DNA from: Myxococcota bacterium
Lineage (GTDB): Bacteria; Myxococcota; XYA12-FULL-58-9; JALHOP01
NCBI GenBank assembly: GCA_041288095.1
Contig: JBGGMJ010000134.1
Location: 1 to 54,626, forward strand
Reading direction: 5' to 3'
Length of the DNA: 54,626 bases
Below the pieces are notes generated by a model. It searched no databases. It was not told where the DNA came from and saw only the letters and a list, made by a program, of their open reading frames with translations. Both the position numbers and the translations under genes were made by a program. Of the stretch, positions 18,162-26,719 are shown piece after piece; the stretch's first letter is position 1; each line of letters starts with the position of its first letter.

Positions 18162-19019
18162 ATGCGTCTCGGAGTGGTCCTCAAGAAAAACGCCAAGGAA
18201 GCGCTCACGGCGCTGCGGCGCATTCACATGGTGGCGCAGGCGACTCCCATCCTCGTCGAGGACAACGGAGCCGTCATGGCCGCCGACATGCCCGAGGGCG
18301 TGCGTATCGTCCCTGGCGGCGAGTTCGCCAAGGTCTCCGATCTGGTCATCGTGCTGGGTGGTGACGGCACCCTCATCCACGCCGCTTCGCTCCTACGTGA
18401 TCGTGTGGTGCCGATCATCGGCGTGAACTTGGGCCACGTCGGCTTCCTTACCGACATCGCCATGGACGAAATCGAGCGCGCCGTGCCGCTGGCTCTCGAG
18501 AGCCGGCTACCGCACCTCGACCGACTGCGTCTCGACGTGCGGGTCACCACGATGATGGGCGATATGGTGGTGGAGAAGCGCGTCCTCAACGACGCTACCC
18601 TCACACCCGGCCGCATGGCGCGCCTCGCCGAGTACCGCATCATGCTCGGAGGCGAGCTCGTCACCTCGATGCGCGGCGACGGCCTCATCGTGTCGACCCC
18701 GACCGGTTCGACCGCTTATTCGATGGCGGCGGGTGGCTCGATCGTGTGGCCCGGCTTGCACGCTGTAGCGGTCACACCCATTTGTCCGCATTCGCTGACG
18801 CAGAGGCCGTTGGTGCTCGACCCGAGCGGCGAGCTCGAGGTGCGGCTGGTCGGGCAGGGCGACGCGGTGGCGACCTTCGACGGCCAAGCGAGCTGTCCGT
18901 TCGGCACGGGCGACGTCATGACCATCAACGTCGCGCCGGTGCCCACGCGCTTGTTGTCGCTGCCGGGCGGGAGCTACTTCCAGACCCTACGGGCGAAGCT
19001 GCGTTGGGGCTCGCAGTAG
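18162..19019 (+). CDS. nadK: NAD kinase
   Basis: GGDGT, GVNLGHVGFL, LND, DGLIVSTPTGSTAYSMAAGG, TPICPHSL, LRAKLRW. Confidence 0.96.
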   Translation: MRLGVVLKKNAKEALTALRRIHMVAQATPILVEDNGAVMAADMPEGVRIVPGGEFAKVSDLVIVLGGDGTLIHAASLLRDRVVPIIGVNLGHVGFLTDIAMDEIERAVPLALESRLPHLDRLRLDVRVTTMMGDMVVEKRVLNDATLTPGRMARLAEYRIMLGGELVTSMRGDGLIVSTPTGSTAYSMAAGGSIVWPGLHAVAVTPICPHSLTQRPLVLDPSGELEVRLVGQGDAVATFDGQASCPFGTGDVMTINVAPVPTRLLSLPGGSYFQTLRAKLRWGSQ

Positions 19020-19652
19020 CTCGATCCCCTCGCGCACCATGCCGAGGAGCTCGTCGCGTTCGTCTTCGTCCATGCCGCGCGAGCTCGCGGTGAGGCGCTC
19101 GAGCATGCTTTCGAGGAGGGGGACGGCGCCGACGTGCTCGCCGCGCAGGTAGGCGAGCAGCACCACCTCGATCTGATCGTCCGGGAAGGTCGCGGCGTCT
19201 CCCAGGGTGGCCACGAAGGCGTCGAAGGCCCGCAGGGTCTTTTCGGCGTCGACGCTCTCCATGACCGTCATGGCGGCGCGCCGTTCGTCGGCATCGCGGC
19301 TGTCGTCGCGCCAGATCGCCTCCACGGCGGGGAAGAAGGTCGCGCCCTCGATGGCGGCGACCGCTTGCAGGGCCTCCTCGAAGACAATGATGTCGTCGGG
19401 GTCGTCGATGGTGGCTTTCAAGCCCGCGAGCGCCTCGCCATCGCCCCGCTTGGACAGCACCGTAAGCGCCCGGACACGCACAAGCTCGTCGTCGTCTTCG
19501 TGTGCCGCGGCGCGCCAAAACTCCGTGACCATGGGCAGGTCGAAGCTTTCGAGCTTGTCGAGCACGACCTCGCGCTCGTCCTCGTCTTCGAGCTCGAAAT
19601 ACAGCTCGATGAGGGCTTCCGCGTCGAGGTCGTTGGCAGCTTCGTCGGTCAT
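18987..19652 (-). CDS. Acidic HEAT-repeat-like protein
   Basis: 221-aa helical acidic ORF with DDDELVRVRAL and DADERRAAM; convergent 33-bp overlap with nadK. Confidence 0.7.
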   Translation of the reverse strand: MTDEAANDLDAEALIELYFELEDEDEREVVLDKLESFDLPMVTEFWRAAAHEDDDELVRVRALTVLSKRGDGEALAGLKATIDDPDDIIVFEEALQAVAAIEGATFFPAVEAIWRDDSRDADERRAAMTVMESVDAEKTLRAFDAFVATLGDAATFPDDQIEVVLLAYLRGEHVGAVPLLESMLERLTASSRGMDEDERDELLGMVREGIELLRAPTQLRP

Positions 19653-19727
19653 CCGGCCGGGCCATCCAACCCGTTCATCGGCGCCCGCGCAAGGTCGTCA
19701 GCTTGACTTGCTTCGCGGCGACCTGGA

Positions 19728-20606
19728 ATGCTTTTCCGCACGATGTTGTCTTTGGTTGCCATCGCGGTCGTCGCCGCGGTCTCCCCCGTGCAGCGCGCCG
19801 AGCAGCTCTATAATCAGGCGCGCTACGAAGATGCGCTCAAGGCGCTCGGGCGCTCGTGTCAGGGAACCAATATCCGCGAGAGCGAGCAGGTTGCCTGTGA
19901 GAAGGTGCGAGCCTTCGCGCTGGTCGCCCTCGGCCGCGAGCCCGAGGCCCGCGCCGCATTCGATCGACTGATCGTCGCCAATCCGGACGCCGATCTCGGA
20001 GCCGACGTTTCGCCGAAGCTGCAAGCGCTCTTCAGCTCCGCCAAGCGCGAGATCGCCCAGGTCATGAGCCTGCAGCTCGAGCCCGTCTCGCCCGGCGTCG
20101 CCAGCGGCGGCGGTACCAACGCGCCGTGGCCGCTCACCGTGCGGGTGCCCGGTGATGTCTACATCGATGCCCTACATGCGCACATCGCGACCGCGAGCAC
20201 GTCGCGCTACAGCGAGGTGACGCTGCGCTCGCAAGACGGCGTGTGGATCGGCATGTACGAGCCACAGACGGAGCCGTCGGCGCCGCGTTATTACCTGGTG
20301 GCGACGTTGACCTCCGGCGTCAACGTCAATGTCGGCGATCCAACGTCCGCCAAAGCGGTCGTAGTGAGCGCCGCGCCCCTGGACCCGATTGGCTACGATC
20401 CGCTCGAGCCCCAGCACGCGGAGCCCAATGCGTTGGCGGCGACCCGGCGTGGCGATGACGGCGACAAGATCGCGGGGCTGCCGCCGTGGGCGTTCTGGAC
20501 GGCGGTAGGCGGCGCCGCCGTGGTGACCGGCGTCTTGGTTTATGTGTTGACGCGTGGCGGTGGCGACGAGCCGGGTGCCGTGCGCGTGGGGCTCACTTTC
20601 CAATGA
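19728..20606 (+). CDS. Exported TPR-containing protein with C-terminal TM anchor
   Basis: Signal peptide, AEQLYNQARYEDAL, ALVALGREPEARAAF, PPWAFWTAVGG TM segment. Confidence 0.75.
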   Translation: MLFRTMLSLVAIAVVAAVSPVQRAEQLYNQARYEDALKALGRSCQGTNIRESEQVACEKVRAFALVALGREPEARAAFDRLIVANPDADLGADVSPKLQALFSSAKREIAQVMSLQLEPVSPGVASGGGTNAPWPLTVRVPGDVYIDALHAHIATASTSRYSEVTLRSQDGVWIGMYEPQTEPSAPRYYLVATLTSGVNVNVGDPTSAKAVVVSAAPLDPIGYDPLEPQHAEPNALAATRRGDDGDKIAGLPPWAFWTAVGGAAVVTGVLVYVLTRGGGDEPGAVRVGLTFQ

Positions 20607-21031
20607 ACCGCGCACTGCTCATGGTCGCGCTCTTTGCGAGCGCCTGCGGCGACAACGGCCTCGAGACCGCGAGCGGCACGACCGCGTCGATTCTCCTGCA
20701 ATCGCAGCTCGAGACGTCGACCCGCAGCATCACCGTGCGCGTGTTCGCGCCGCGTGACCGCGAGAACGTCATCGTCACTTGCACGAGCCTGCTCTCGGGA
20801 AACCCGCTCGACGACCGCTACGAGGCGCTGCAGTCCGCCGAGTTCGACTACCCGCCGGTCGAGGGCGCGAGCATCGTGGTCTCGAATGTCGACGCCAAGG
20901 AGGGCGTGGTCGTTTACGTCGACGCGCGCGACGCCACCGACCAGGTGATCGGCGAGGGCTGCGAGGCGGGCGTCAACGTCAAAGGCGGCGAGACCGCCAG
21001 CGTCGAAATAACCATCTATCCGGCGAGCTAA
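20603..21031 (+). CDS. Hypothetical lipoprotein
   Basis: MNRALLMVALFASAC lipobox; ATGA overlap with the upstream gene. Confidence 0.8.
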   Translation: MNRALLMVALFASACGDNGLETASGTTASILLQSQLETSTRSITVRVFAPRDRENVIVTCTSLLSGNPLDDRYEALQSAEFDYPPVEGASIVVSNVDAKEGVVVYVDARDATDQVIGEGCEAGVNVKGGETASVEITIYPAS

Positions 21032-21040
21032 TCGCGGAAA

Positions 21041-21439
21041 TTACGCACTGCGCAGGAACGCGCGGATGCGTTGGGCGCCGTCGCCTTCGACGTGCACGAA
21101 CTTCACGCCCATGCCGAGGCCGTCGGAGTTGGGGGCGCTGCTGACGACCTCGCCGCGCGCCACCACCATCTCGCGGTCACCGGGCAACGCGAACTTGAGC
21201 GTCACCTGGGTGCCCATGGGATGGGGAATGGCGCGGTCGAAGAAGACGCCACCAGCCGCGATGTTGCCGCTGCGCCGGAAGTAGATGTCGTCGCCCGAGA
21301 TCTCTTCCATCCAGAGCTCGAGAGGAAAGCGCTGGTCTGCTCTTCGATCGCGTTGGCGCCGGTCGGTACCGCGGCGATCCTGCGAGATCGAAGAGGAGTC
21401 TTTACGACGATCGGCGACTCTGCGGTCGCGACGGGTCAT
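21041..21439 (-). CDS. PilZ-domain protein (myxobacterial TIGR02266-like)
   Basis: RRADQRFP (RxxxR), NIAAGGVF, GEVV, GMGVKF. Confidence 0.88.
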   Translation of the reverse strand: MTRRDRRVADRRKDSSSISQDRRGTDRRQRDRRADQRFPLELWMEEISGDDIYFRRSGNIAAGGVFFDRAIPHPMGTQVTLKFALPGDREMVVARGEVVSSAPNSDGLGMGVKFVHVEGDGAQRIRAFLRSA

Positions 21440-21587
21440 CGGAACCTCGGCTGCTAGCGTTAGAACGGGCCTGGCCGTTCAGCACCATCTCTTGCGCGCC
21501 TAACACGCGTTCGCGAGCGACAGCAAGCGCTATGACGCGCGTCGGGCCTGGGCGCGATCGATCGGGTGTGGGCGGTTGGGCGGCGCT

Positions 21588-21651
21588 ACAGCACATCTCA
21601 TAACCCGCGTTGAGGTAATTCGCCGCGGCGGCGGGTTATGAGCTGTGCTGT
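21588..21651. repeat. 21-bp inverted repeat (1 mismatch) with 22-nt spacer; possible MITE/IS-end remnant or REP-like hairpin
   Basis: ACAGCACATCTCATAACCCGC (21588-21608) and GCGGGTTATGAGCTGTGCTGT (21631-21651). Confidence 0.7.
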
Positions 21652-21702
21652 CGCCTTCGGCGGGTATTTCGCTTCGCTAGTTGGCCGCCGCTTGAGGCGG
21701 CC

Positions 21703-23202
21703 CTAGTGGCTGCCGGTCGCATAAAGCAGCCCGGCGCGCGCCAGGTAATAGTCGCGCAGCGCGTCGTACATCATGCGTCGCGACTCGACGAGGGCGGCCA
21801 AGCCTTCGAGAAGATCACGCGGCTCCCCGGTGCCGGTGTCGTACGCGTTAGCGGAAAAGGTGACCCACTTGCGCGTCGCCTGGATGGCGTCGGTGGAATA
21901 CTCGAAGATCTCGCGGGCCTGCCTGAGGTCGGTGTAGGCCATCTGCACTTGCAGCGGGATGCCGGTGGAGGCGAAGCGCTCGAGCGCATCCAGCTGCTCG
22001 TAGGTGGCCTCGGCGGCGTCCGACTTGGCCTGCGCAGCCCACGGATTGAGATCGAAGAGGAGCGCCAGCGCGAGGCCACCGGCGACACGGTTGTACGGAT
22101 CGTTCCAGTAGGGGTTGCGCGCGTTGTCGCGCGTCGGCGCCCAATCGGCTTCGAACTGGCCCGCGATAGCGAGCACCGGCAGGTTGGCTTTGATCTCCGC
22201 GATCGACAGAGCCTTGGCGGCGCTCTTGCCGTGCGCGAGCTGTTGCCACTCGGGACGGTTCGCGGCGGCGTCGGCGATGTAGCTGGCGAGCTCGCGGAGC
22301 GGCTCCTCGGGAATCGGTGGCAGCCTGTCGTCGACGAGGTCGAGGTTCGCGGTCGCCGCCATACCCATGGTGTGCTTGAGCGCGACCAACGCCACGGCTT
22401 GACCGTTGCGCGCGTTCAGCAAGAAGCGACGCACCTGCACCGCCGAGAAGCGCAAGCGCGAGAGGTCCGATTGCGACACCTCGCCTTCACCGGTGTCGTA
22501 GAGCTCTTGCGCGCGCTTGAGCGCCTGCTCGACATAGCCCTGCGCCTGCTCGAGCGTCGGGATGAGGCTGCGTGCGTAGAGGTGCGTGTAGTAGAGCTTG
22601 CGCACTTCCCAGGCGATGGTGTTCTCGGTCTCGCGTAGCCGCGCCTTCTCGACCTCGGCGCGCTCCGAGGCGGCTTCCTTGGCGGCGTCGGCGCGGCCGA
22701 ACGTGTAGATGGGCTGCGCGAGTGTCGCCTCGAGGTGCGCGTAAGGGCCCCAGTCGGAGAGACTCTTCCACTCGTTGGTGTGGGCGTTGATATCGCCGCG
22801 CACGGTGTACATCGGAGCGAGAAAGCCCATACCGGCGATGCGCGGATAAAAGAGCGCTTCGACCTGAGCAAGTCGCGCCTGGTACTCGTGCACGCGACCT
22901 TCGGCCTCCATGATGCGGCCGTTGCTGTCGAGAGCGATGCGCACGCAGTCCTCGACGCCGAGACGGTGCGTGACGTCGTCGATGACCACCGGCGTTGGTG
23001 GCGGTGGCTCTGGTCGGGGAGCAGGGGGCGGTGAGTCGAGCGGGCCGGTCACCACGTCTTCTTCCGCGGCTGGGTCCTTCTTCTTGGTGGTCTTCTTGCC
23101 GGCTGCCTTGGGGGCGGCGAGCACACCGACGCCGAGCGCCGCGCCCGGATGGGCGAACGGCGCGGCGACGAACGCCGCGAGCGTCAGCGCCGCCAACATC
23201 AT
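21703..23202 (-). CDS. TolC-family outer membrane efflux protein
   Basis: LGVEDCVRIAL, LAQPIYTFGR, VRKLYY, two OEP-like helical repeats; signal peptide. Confidence 0.88.
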   Translation of the reverse strand: MMLAALTLAAFVAAPFAHPGAALGVGVLAAPKAAGKKTTKKKDPAAEEDVVTGPLDSPPPAPRPEPPPPTPVVIDDVTHRLGVEDCVRIALDSNGRIMEAEGRVHEYQARLAQVEALFYPRIAGMGFLAPMYTVRGDINAHTNEWKSLSDWGPYAHLEATLAQPIYTFGRADAAKEAASERAEVEKARLRETENTIAWEVRKLYYTHLYARSLIPTLEQAQGYVEQALKRAQELYDTGEGEVSQSDLSRLRFSAVQVRRFLLNARNGQAVALVALKHTMGMAATANLDLVDDRLPPIPEEPLRELASYIADAAANRPEWQQLAHGKSAAKALSIAEIKANLPVLAIAGQFEADWAPTRDNARNPYWNDPYNRVAGGLALALLFDLNPWAAQAKSDAAEATYEQLDALERFASTGIPLQVQMAYTDLRQAREIFEYSTDAIQATRKWVTFSANAYDTGTGEPRDLLEGLAALVESRRMMYDALRDYYLARAGLLYATGSH

Positions 23203-25715
23203 GCGCCCCGCGCCTTGGGCAGCTCGGCCGGCGCAGCCTCGTCGCTCGGCTCATCTCGCTTTTGCGGAGCGGCCTTGGCGAGGCGCCAGGCGACGAATGA
23301 CGGCAAGGCGACGTTGCAAGCGAGCAGGTTCATGGCGAGACCCAGGAGCGCCATCTTGCCGAGCGAGTTGAGACCCGTGTGATCGGCGATGACCAAGGCC
23401 AGGAAGCCGAGCGCGTTGGTGAGGAGTGATCCGGTCACGGCGTGGCCGGTCTCGCTGAACACCGGCGCGAAAGGCTCACCCGCGTCGATGCGCGACGTGA
23501 GATGCGCGCCGCCGTCGATGCCGATGCCGAAGAAGAGCGGGATCATCACGACGTTGATGTAGTTGAGCGACAAGCCGGCGAGAGGCATGCAGCCCAAGGT
23601 GGCGAGCAGCGTCGCGGCGGCGGGGAGGATGCACGCGATAGCGGACTTGAAACTGCCGATGAACAGCCATAACGACAAGAACACCAGGCCGATGGCGAAG
23701 CCCATGACCGGCACCGACTCGCTCGCCACCATCTCGATGACGTCGGCGAGCATGAGGGCCTCGCCCGCCGCGAGCACATCGGTGCCGTCGGTGAGCTTGA
23801 TGCCGCGGATCTCGCGCGCGAACGAGCGGGTGAACGAGCCGTCGGATAGGTCACGCGCCGCGAACACCAGGACGAACCCAGAGTCGCGCTTGTCGTCGAG
23901 TCCTTGGAACTGGCGGCGCACCTCGGCCGGGAGCTCGTCGCGCACGAAGGGTTGCGCGTGCACCATCTTGTCGACGCGGTCGAAGTCCTTTTTGTCCTTC
24001 TCGGCGAGCTTGTCGCGGTCGATACGGCGGACGATGCGCTCCATGCGCTGGATGATCTCGAGCTTCTCCGTCTGACCGATTGGCACCAGATCCGCTGAAG
24101 CGGCCACGAAGCGCACCGTCGAGGCGTCGCCGTTCTTCTCCATGCGCTCGCGGACTTCCGCGGCGACCTTGGTCTCGTCGGCGGCGGACGCGGTGAGCAT
24201 GACGACCGGCGTCTGCGAGTAGCCGACCAGCCCATCGATCTCGCGATCGAGCTCGTAGGAACGCAGGTTGCTCGCGAGCAGCGAGCGCAGATCGTAGTTG
24301 AAGCGTAGCTTCGGCAGGGCGACGCAGAAGACCGCGAGCACGAGCACGGAGCAGACGAACACCGGCCGCGCCTTACGCATGATCCAGTGAACGTAGCGCG
24401 GCACTTCGTCGTGACGGACATGGCGCGGCTTCCAGCCCAGGCGCATGGCGACGCTGATGAGGGCCGGCAAGATGAGCTGATACGAGACGACGAAGAGGAA
24501 CATGCCGGCGGCCGCGATGATGCCGAACTCGCGGAAGGCGCGGAACTCCGAGAGCGCGAGGCCACCGAAGGCGACCATCGTCGTGAGCGCGGTGATGGCG
24601 ACGCCTCGGCCGGTATTGCCGAAGGTGCGGCGGACGTTCTCCTCGCGGTCGCTCGTGATCCACCACTCGGTCTCGAAGCGCGCGAGGAGGTGAATGCCGT
24701 TCTCGATGCCCATGCCCGAGAGGATGGCGCCGACGAAGCCGGTGAGGATGTTGAGGATGCCGAAGGCGTAGGCCGCGAAGCCGTACGACCAGACCATGCC
24801 GACGGCCAGCGGCACCATGACCAAGCCGATCGCCGAGACGCGGCGAAAGTGGAAGGCCAAGAACACGAAGATGAGCACGAAGCTTGCGAGGTTCGCCCAG
24901 CCGAGGTCGCGCTGGATGAGCGCTTGCTGGTCGACCTTCTTCTTGTAGTTGCCGCCGATCTCGTAGGTGAAATTGGGCCCGTATTGCGTCAGGTCCATGC
25001 TCTTCAAGACGGCTTCCGTCTTGGCGATGATCTGCTGCGAGACCTGCAGGTTCAGGCCGGCGCGGGCCGGCTTGGCGAGGATGGCGATCATCCGCTTCTG
25101 CGGACTCATGTAGTAGCTCTCGCCGATCTGCGAGGCCATCCAGCTCGTCTTGCCGCCGTGCTTGCTGTACTTCTTGTTCAGGTCGTCGAGCGTGATCTCG
25201 GGCGGGCCGTCGTCTTCGAGGTCGAGATAGAGCGGGTTCGCCTTGCGCTTCTCGTAGGACTCGCGCTCCTGGAGCTTGCCGAGCAACTCCTCGAGGTCCT
25301 CGTTGCTCAAGAAGTAGAGCGCGTGCTCTTCGAAGAACGCGGTGGGCCGACGATAGTCGATGTAGCGAAAGTCTTCGATCGCGGCGAGGCGCGGCGCTAC
25401 GTCATCGGCGAAGCGGCGCAGCTGCTCCGGCTCGGCGTTTTCGCCCAGGACGGTGACGTAGCCGAATCCGCCGAAGCGCGCTTCGAGCTCATGGAGAGCG
25501 CGGACGCTCGGGAAGCTCGAGGGCAACAGCTCGGCGAGATCGGCGTTTACCTTGAGCCGGGTGGTCCCGAAGCCCAAGATGGCGGTCAGCGCGGCGGCGA
25601 TGGCGAGCGCCATCCATGGCTTGCGATAAGCCCAGACCGCGACGTTGCCGAGGAGCTTCTCGAAAGCGTCGGCGAGGCCGCCGAGACGCTTCAAGAACCC
25701 GCCCTCACTGGACAT
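23199..25715 (-). CDS. MMPL/RND-family transporter
   Basis: Two TM clusters separated by periplasmic loops; GMGIENGIHLLARF and GIGIDGGAHL; ATG 25715. Confidence 0.9.
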   Translation of the reverse strand: MSSEGGFLKRLGGLADAFEKLLGNVAVWAYRKPWMALAIAAALTAILGFGTTRLKVNADLAELLPSSFPSVRALHELEARFGGFGYVTVLGENAEPEQLRRFADDVAPRLAAIEDFRYIDYRRPTAFFEEHALYFLSNEDLEELLGKLQERESYEKRKANPLYLDLEDDGPPEITLDDLNKKYSKHGGKTSWMASQIGESYYMSPQKRMIAILAKPARAGLNLQVSQQIIAKTEAVLKSMDLTQYGPNFTYEIGGNYKKKVDQQALIQRDLGWANLASFVLIFVFLAFHFRRVSAIGLVMVPLAVGMVWSYGFAAYAFGILNILTGFVGAILSGMGIENGIHLLARFETEWWITSDREENVRRTFGNTGRGVAITALTTMVAFGGLALSEFRAFREFGIIAAAGMFLFVVSYQLILPALISVAMRLGWKPRHVRHDEVPRYVHWIMRKARPVFVCSVLVLAVFCVALPKLRFNYDLRSLLASNLRSYELDREIDGLVGYSQTPVVMLTASAADETKVAAEVRERMEKNGDASTVRFVAASADLVPIGQTEKLEIIQRMERIVRRIDRDKLAEKDKKDFDRVDKMVHAQPFVRDELPAEVRRQFQGLDDKRDSGFVLVFAARDLSDGSFTRSFAREIRGIKLTDGTDVLAAGEALMLADVIEMVASESVPVMGFAIGLVFLSLWLFIGSFKSAIACILPAAATLLATLGCMPLAGLSLNYINVVMIPLFFGIGIDGGAHLTSRIDAGEPFAPVFSETGHAVTGSLLTNALGFLALVIADHTGLNSLGKMALLGLAMNLLACNVALPSFVAWRLAKAAPQKRDEPSDEAAPAELPKARGA

Positions 25716-26700
25716 GTTGTACCTCGAGAATACCGCGCTTCGCGTTGGGAGGCGTCGCCGGCTGGGCGTCGAGGGTCGCACGATACGTCCGTGTCACCGG
25801 ATTGCCAACGACGGAGCGCGCCAGGACTCCGAGCACGCCGTACTCTTCGACCGGCGCGTAACGATAGAGCTGCGACTCCGAGGTGATGGTGAAGGTGAGG
25901 TCGCCGGCCGCGCCTTCGATGGTGTAGCCCTTGGCCTGGTCCTTGGCGTCGATGCGGTTCAGCTTGAGCTTGGCGAGCGGTCGCGCGAATGGTTCCTTCT
26001 CGCGCCAAAGCCAGCCGCGCAGCGTACCGTCGGGAAGGTTGCGCGCGAGGAGCAAGACCGAGTCGCCGCCCGAGAGGCCGCGATAGCGTACCCATCGCGT
26101 GGCGAGCTGCGCCGGTAGGGTGGTGCTGCGCGAGTGGTCCATGTAGCCGAAGCCGGTGAGCTTGCGTTCGCCGCGACCCGGAACAGTGAACGTCGCTTCG
26201 ACCTTGGCCCATGGAATGGCGATGGCGTAGGCGAAGCTCTTTCCTTCCACCGTCACCTTCGCGTCGGGCGGGGAGCGGGGTTGGATTGCCGCGGCGAAGG
26301 CGAGCTTCGCGGCGCCTTTCTCGAGCTTTGCTTGGATGGTCGTCGCGCCGCCGGCGGTCGCCGCCGAGCAGGTGGTGACCGATAGCTCGCTGGCGCTCGC
26401 CTTCCAGGAGTCGCGGCCGACGCGATCGCTCGCGGTCCACGCTTTTTGGTCGGGCTCGACCACGAGCATGCGGCAAGCTCCGTTGGCATCGCCGACGCCG
26501 AGGTTCGAGACATTGAGCTGCAGCTGCACGTAGGTGCCGTCTTCGAGATCGGCGATCGCGGTCAATGTCTCGGAGTAGTTGTCATCCTCGTCGAGCTGTG
26601 GCTCGAGAAGAGACGCGGCGGCGCCCGAGCTGGGAATCGCGAGCAAGCAAACCACGGCGAACGTCCAGAGGGCGTTCCTGTTGACAGGGGCCTTTATCAT
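25705..26700 (-). CDS. Exported protein, possibly AttH/Svf1-like lipocalin fold
   Basis: Signal peptide; YSETLTAIADLEDGTYVQLQLNVSNLG and LTGFGYMDHS resemble AttH/CrtC/Svf1-type beta-barrels; first gene of the MMPL-TolC operon. Confidence 0.6.
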   Translation of the reverse strand: MIKAPVNRNALWTFAVVCLLAIPSSGAAASLLEPQLDEDDNYSETLTAIADLEDGTYVQLQLNVSNLGVGDANGACRMLVVEPDQKAWTASDRVGRDSWKASASELSVTTCSAATAGGATTIQAKLEKGAAKLAFAAAIQPRSPPDAKVTVEGKSFAYAIAIPWAKVEATFTVPGRGERKLTGFGYMDHSRSTTLPAQLATRWVRYRGLSGGDSVLLLARNLPDGTLRGWLWREKEPFARPLAKLKLNRIDAKDQAKGYTIEGAAGDLTFTITSESQLYRYAPVEEYGVLGVLARSVVGNPVTRTYRATLDAQPATPPNAKRGILEVQHVQ

Positions 26701-26719
26701 CGGGTCAAGCCAGCGCGTT

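Noticed and set aside
18987..19019. Convergent overlap between nadK and the HEAT-like gene
   Set aside because: Short 3' overlaps are common in compact GC-rich genomes; no sign of function.
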